A stretch of 64,000 nt of DNA, taken from Sulfurimonas sp. (lineage in GTDB: Bacteria; Campylobacterota; Campylobacteria; Campylobacterales; Sulfurimonadaceae). Of this stretch, positions 63,865-64,000 are shown piece by piece. The stretch is taken from positions 53,957-117,956 of the forward strand of contig NZ_JAQTLH010000005.1 of NCBI RefSeq assembly GCF_028714975.1, written 5' to 3'. The notes under the pieces were generated by a model. The model ran no database searches. It was not told the DNA's origin and saw nothing but the letters and a program-made list of their open reading frames with translations. A program made the position numbers and the translations under genes. Numbering within the stretch: the stretch's first letter is position 1; the number at the start of each line of letters is the position of its first letter.

Positions 63865-64000
63865 TTAATCTTCTTTCTTCCCAAACATATGTTCATTCAA
63901 TGTAAGTTTTGGTTTTAAATTGTCTCTATTATTTTCTATTTCATAATAGAGACATCCTATCGCTTCTGAAAACTTGGTATCTATCGTAAGTAATATCTGG
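63865..64000 (-). CDS. Partial CDS (C-terminal 44 aa; start outside window), hypothetical
   Basis: Minus-strand frame open from the window edge to TAA at 63865-63867 (...QILLTIDTKFSEAIGCLYYEIENNRDNLKPKLTLNEHMFGKKED*). No motif recognised. It indicates the island continues beyond 64 kb. Confidence 0.3.
   Translation of the reverse strand, partial: QILLTIDTKFSEAIGCLYYEIENNRDNLKPKLTLNEHMFGKKED

Noticed and set aside
1-64000. CRISPR arrays, rRNA genes, integrases/transposases, reverse transcriptases.
   Set aside because: I saw no regularly spaced direct repeats with unique spacers, no rRNA-like sequence, and no ORF with integrase (R..H.R.Y), DDE or YxDD motifs anywhere in the window.

Overview
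AT-rich chromosomal window of Campylobacterota type, Sulfurimonas/Sulfurovum-like by gene content; the genus cannot be determined from this window. All calls come from reading motifs in the supplied ORFs and DNA. No database search, HMM or folding program was run.

The window has three parts.

(i) 1-8.4 kb: a phage-like block with every gene on the + strand. It has a rolling-circle-type Rep, an M15 peptidase, a tail-fibre-like N-terminus, a Ser-rich coiled-coil protein and many orphan ORFs. It also carries a duplicated ~115-bp promoter-like module and a three-member small-protein paralog family. Its left end lies outside the window.

(ii) 8.5-51.3 kb: ordinary core genes.
- gpt-like PRT, cytochrome c, djlA
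- kdsA-ribH-nusB and a futalosine radical-SAM gene
- M16 peptidase, recG, hpf
- a pseudopilin plus giant Calx-beta adhesin operon, very rich in D/E-x-N-x-S/T sequons
- two tandem MntA/HepT toxin-antitoxin pairs
- fliW, bamD-lon
- a NIT-hybrid kinase / Hpt / PAS / receiver phosphorelay
- uvrC, nadB, a CPA2 antiporter, guaA, hemD
- a candidate 6S RNA upstream of purD
- lptD, pnp, atpE, tRNA-Leu

Two families of palindromic intergenic repeats are interspersed among these genes.

(iii) 51.3-64 kb: a visibly more AT-rich accessory island, all on the minus strand, next to tRNA-Leu(GAG) and a 5'-half tRNA fragment. It contains two modules.
- A PLD-SNF2 translocase-nuclease, a large N6-adenine methyltransferase and a PrrC/RloA-like ABC ATPase operon.
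- A cassette of a PD-(D/E)xK (sce7726-like) protein, a Beta/sce7725-like protein, a Zn-ribbon-RES protein and two acidic small ORFs.

The second cassette is my best candidate for an undescribed anti-phage system.
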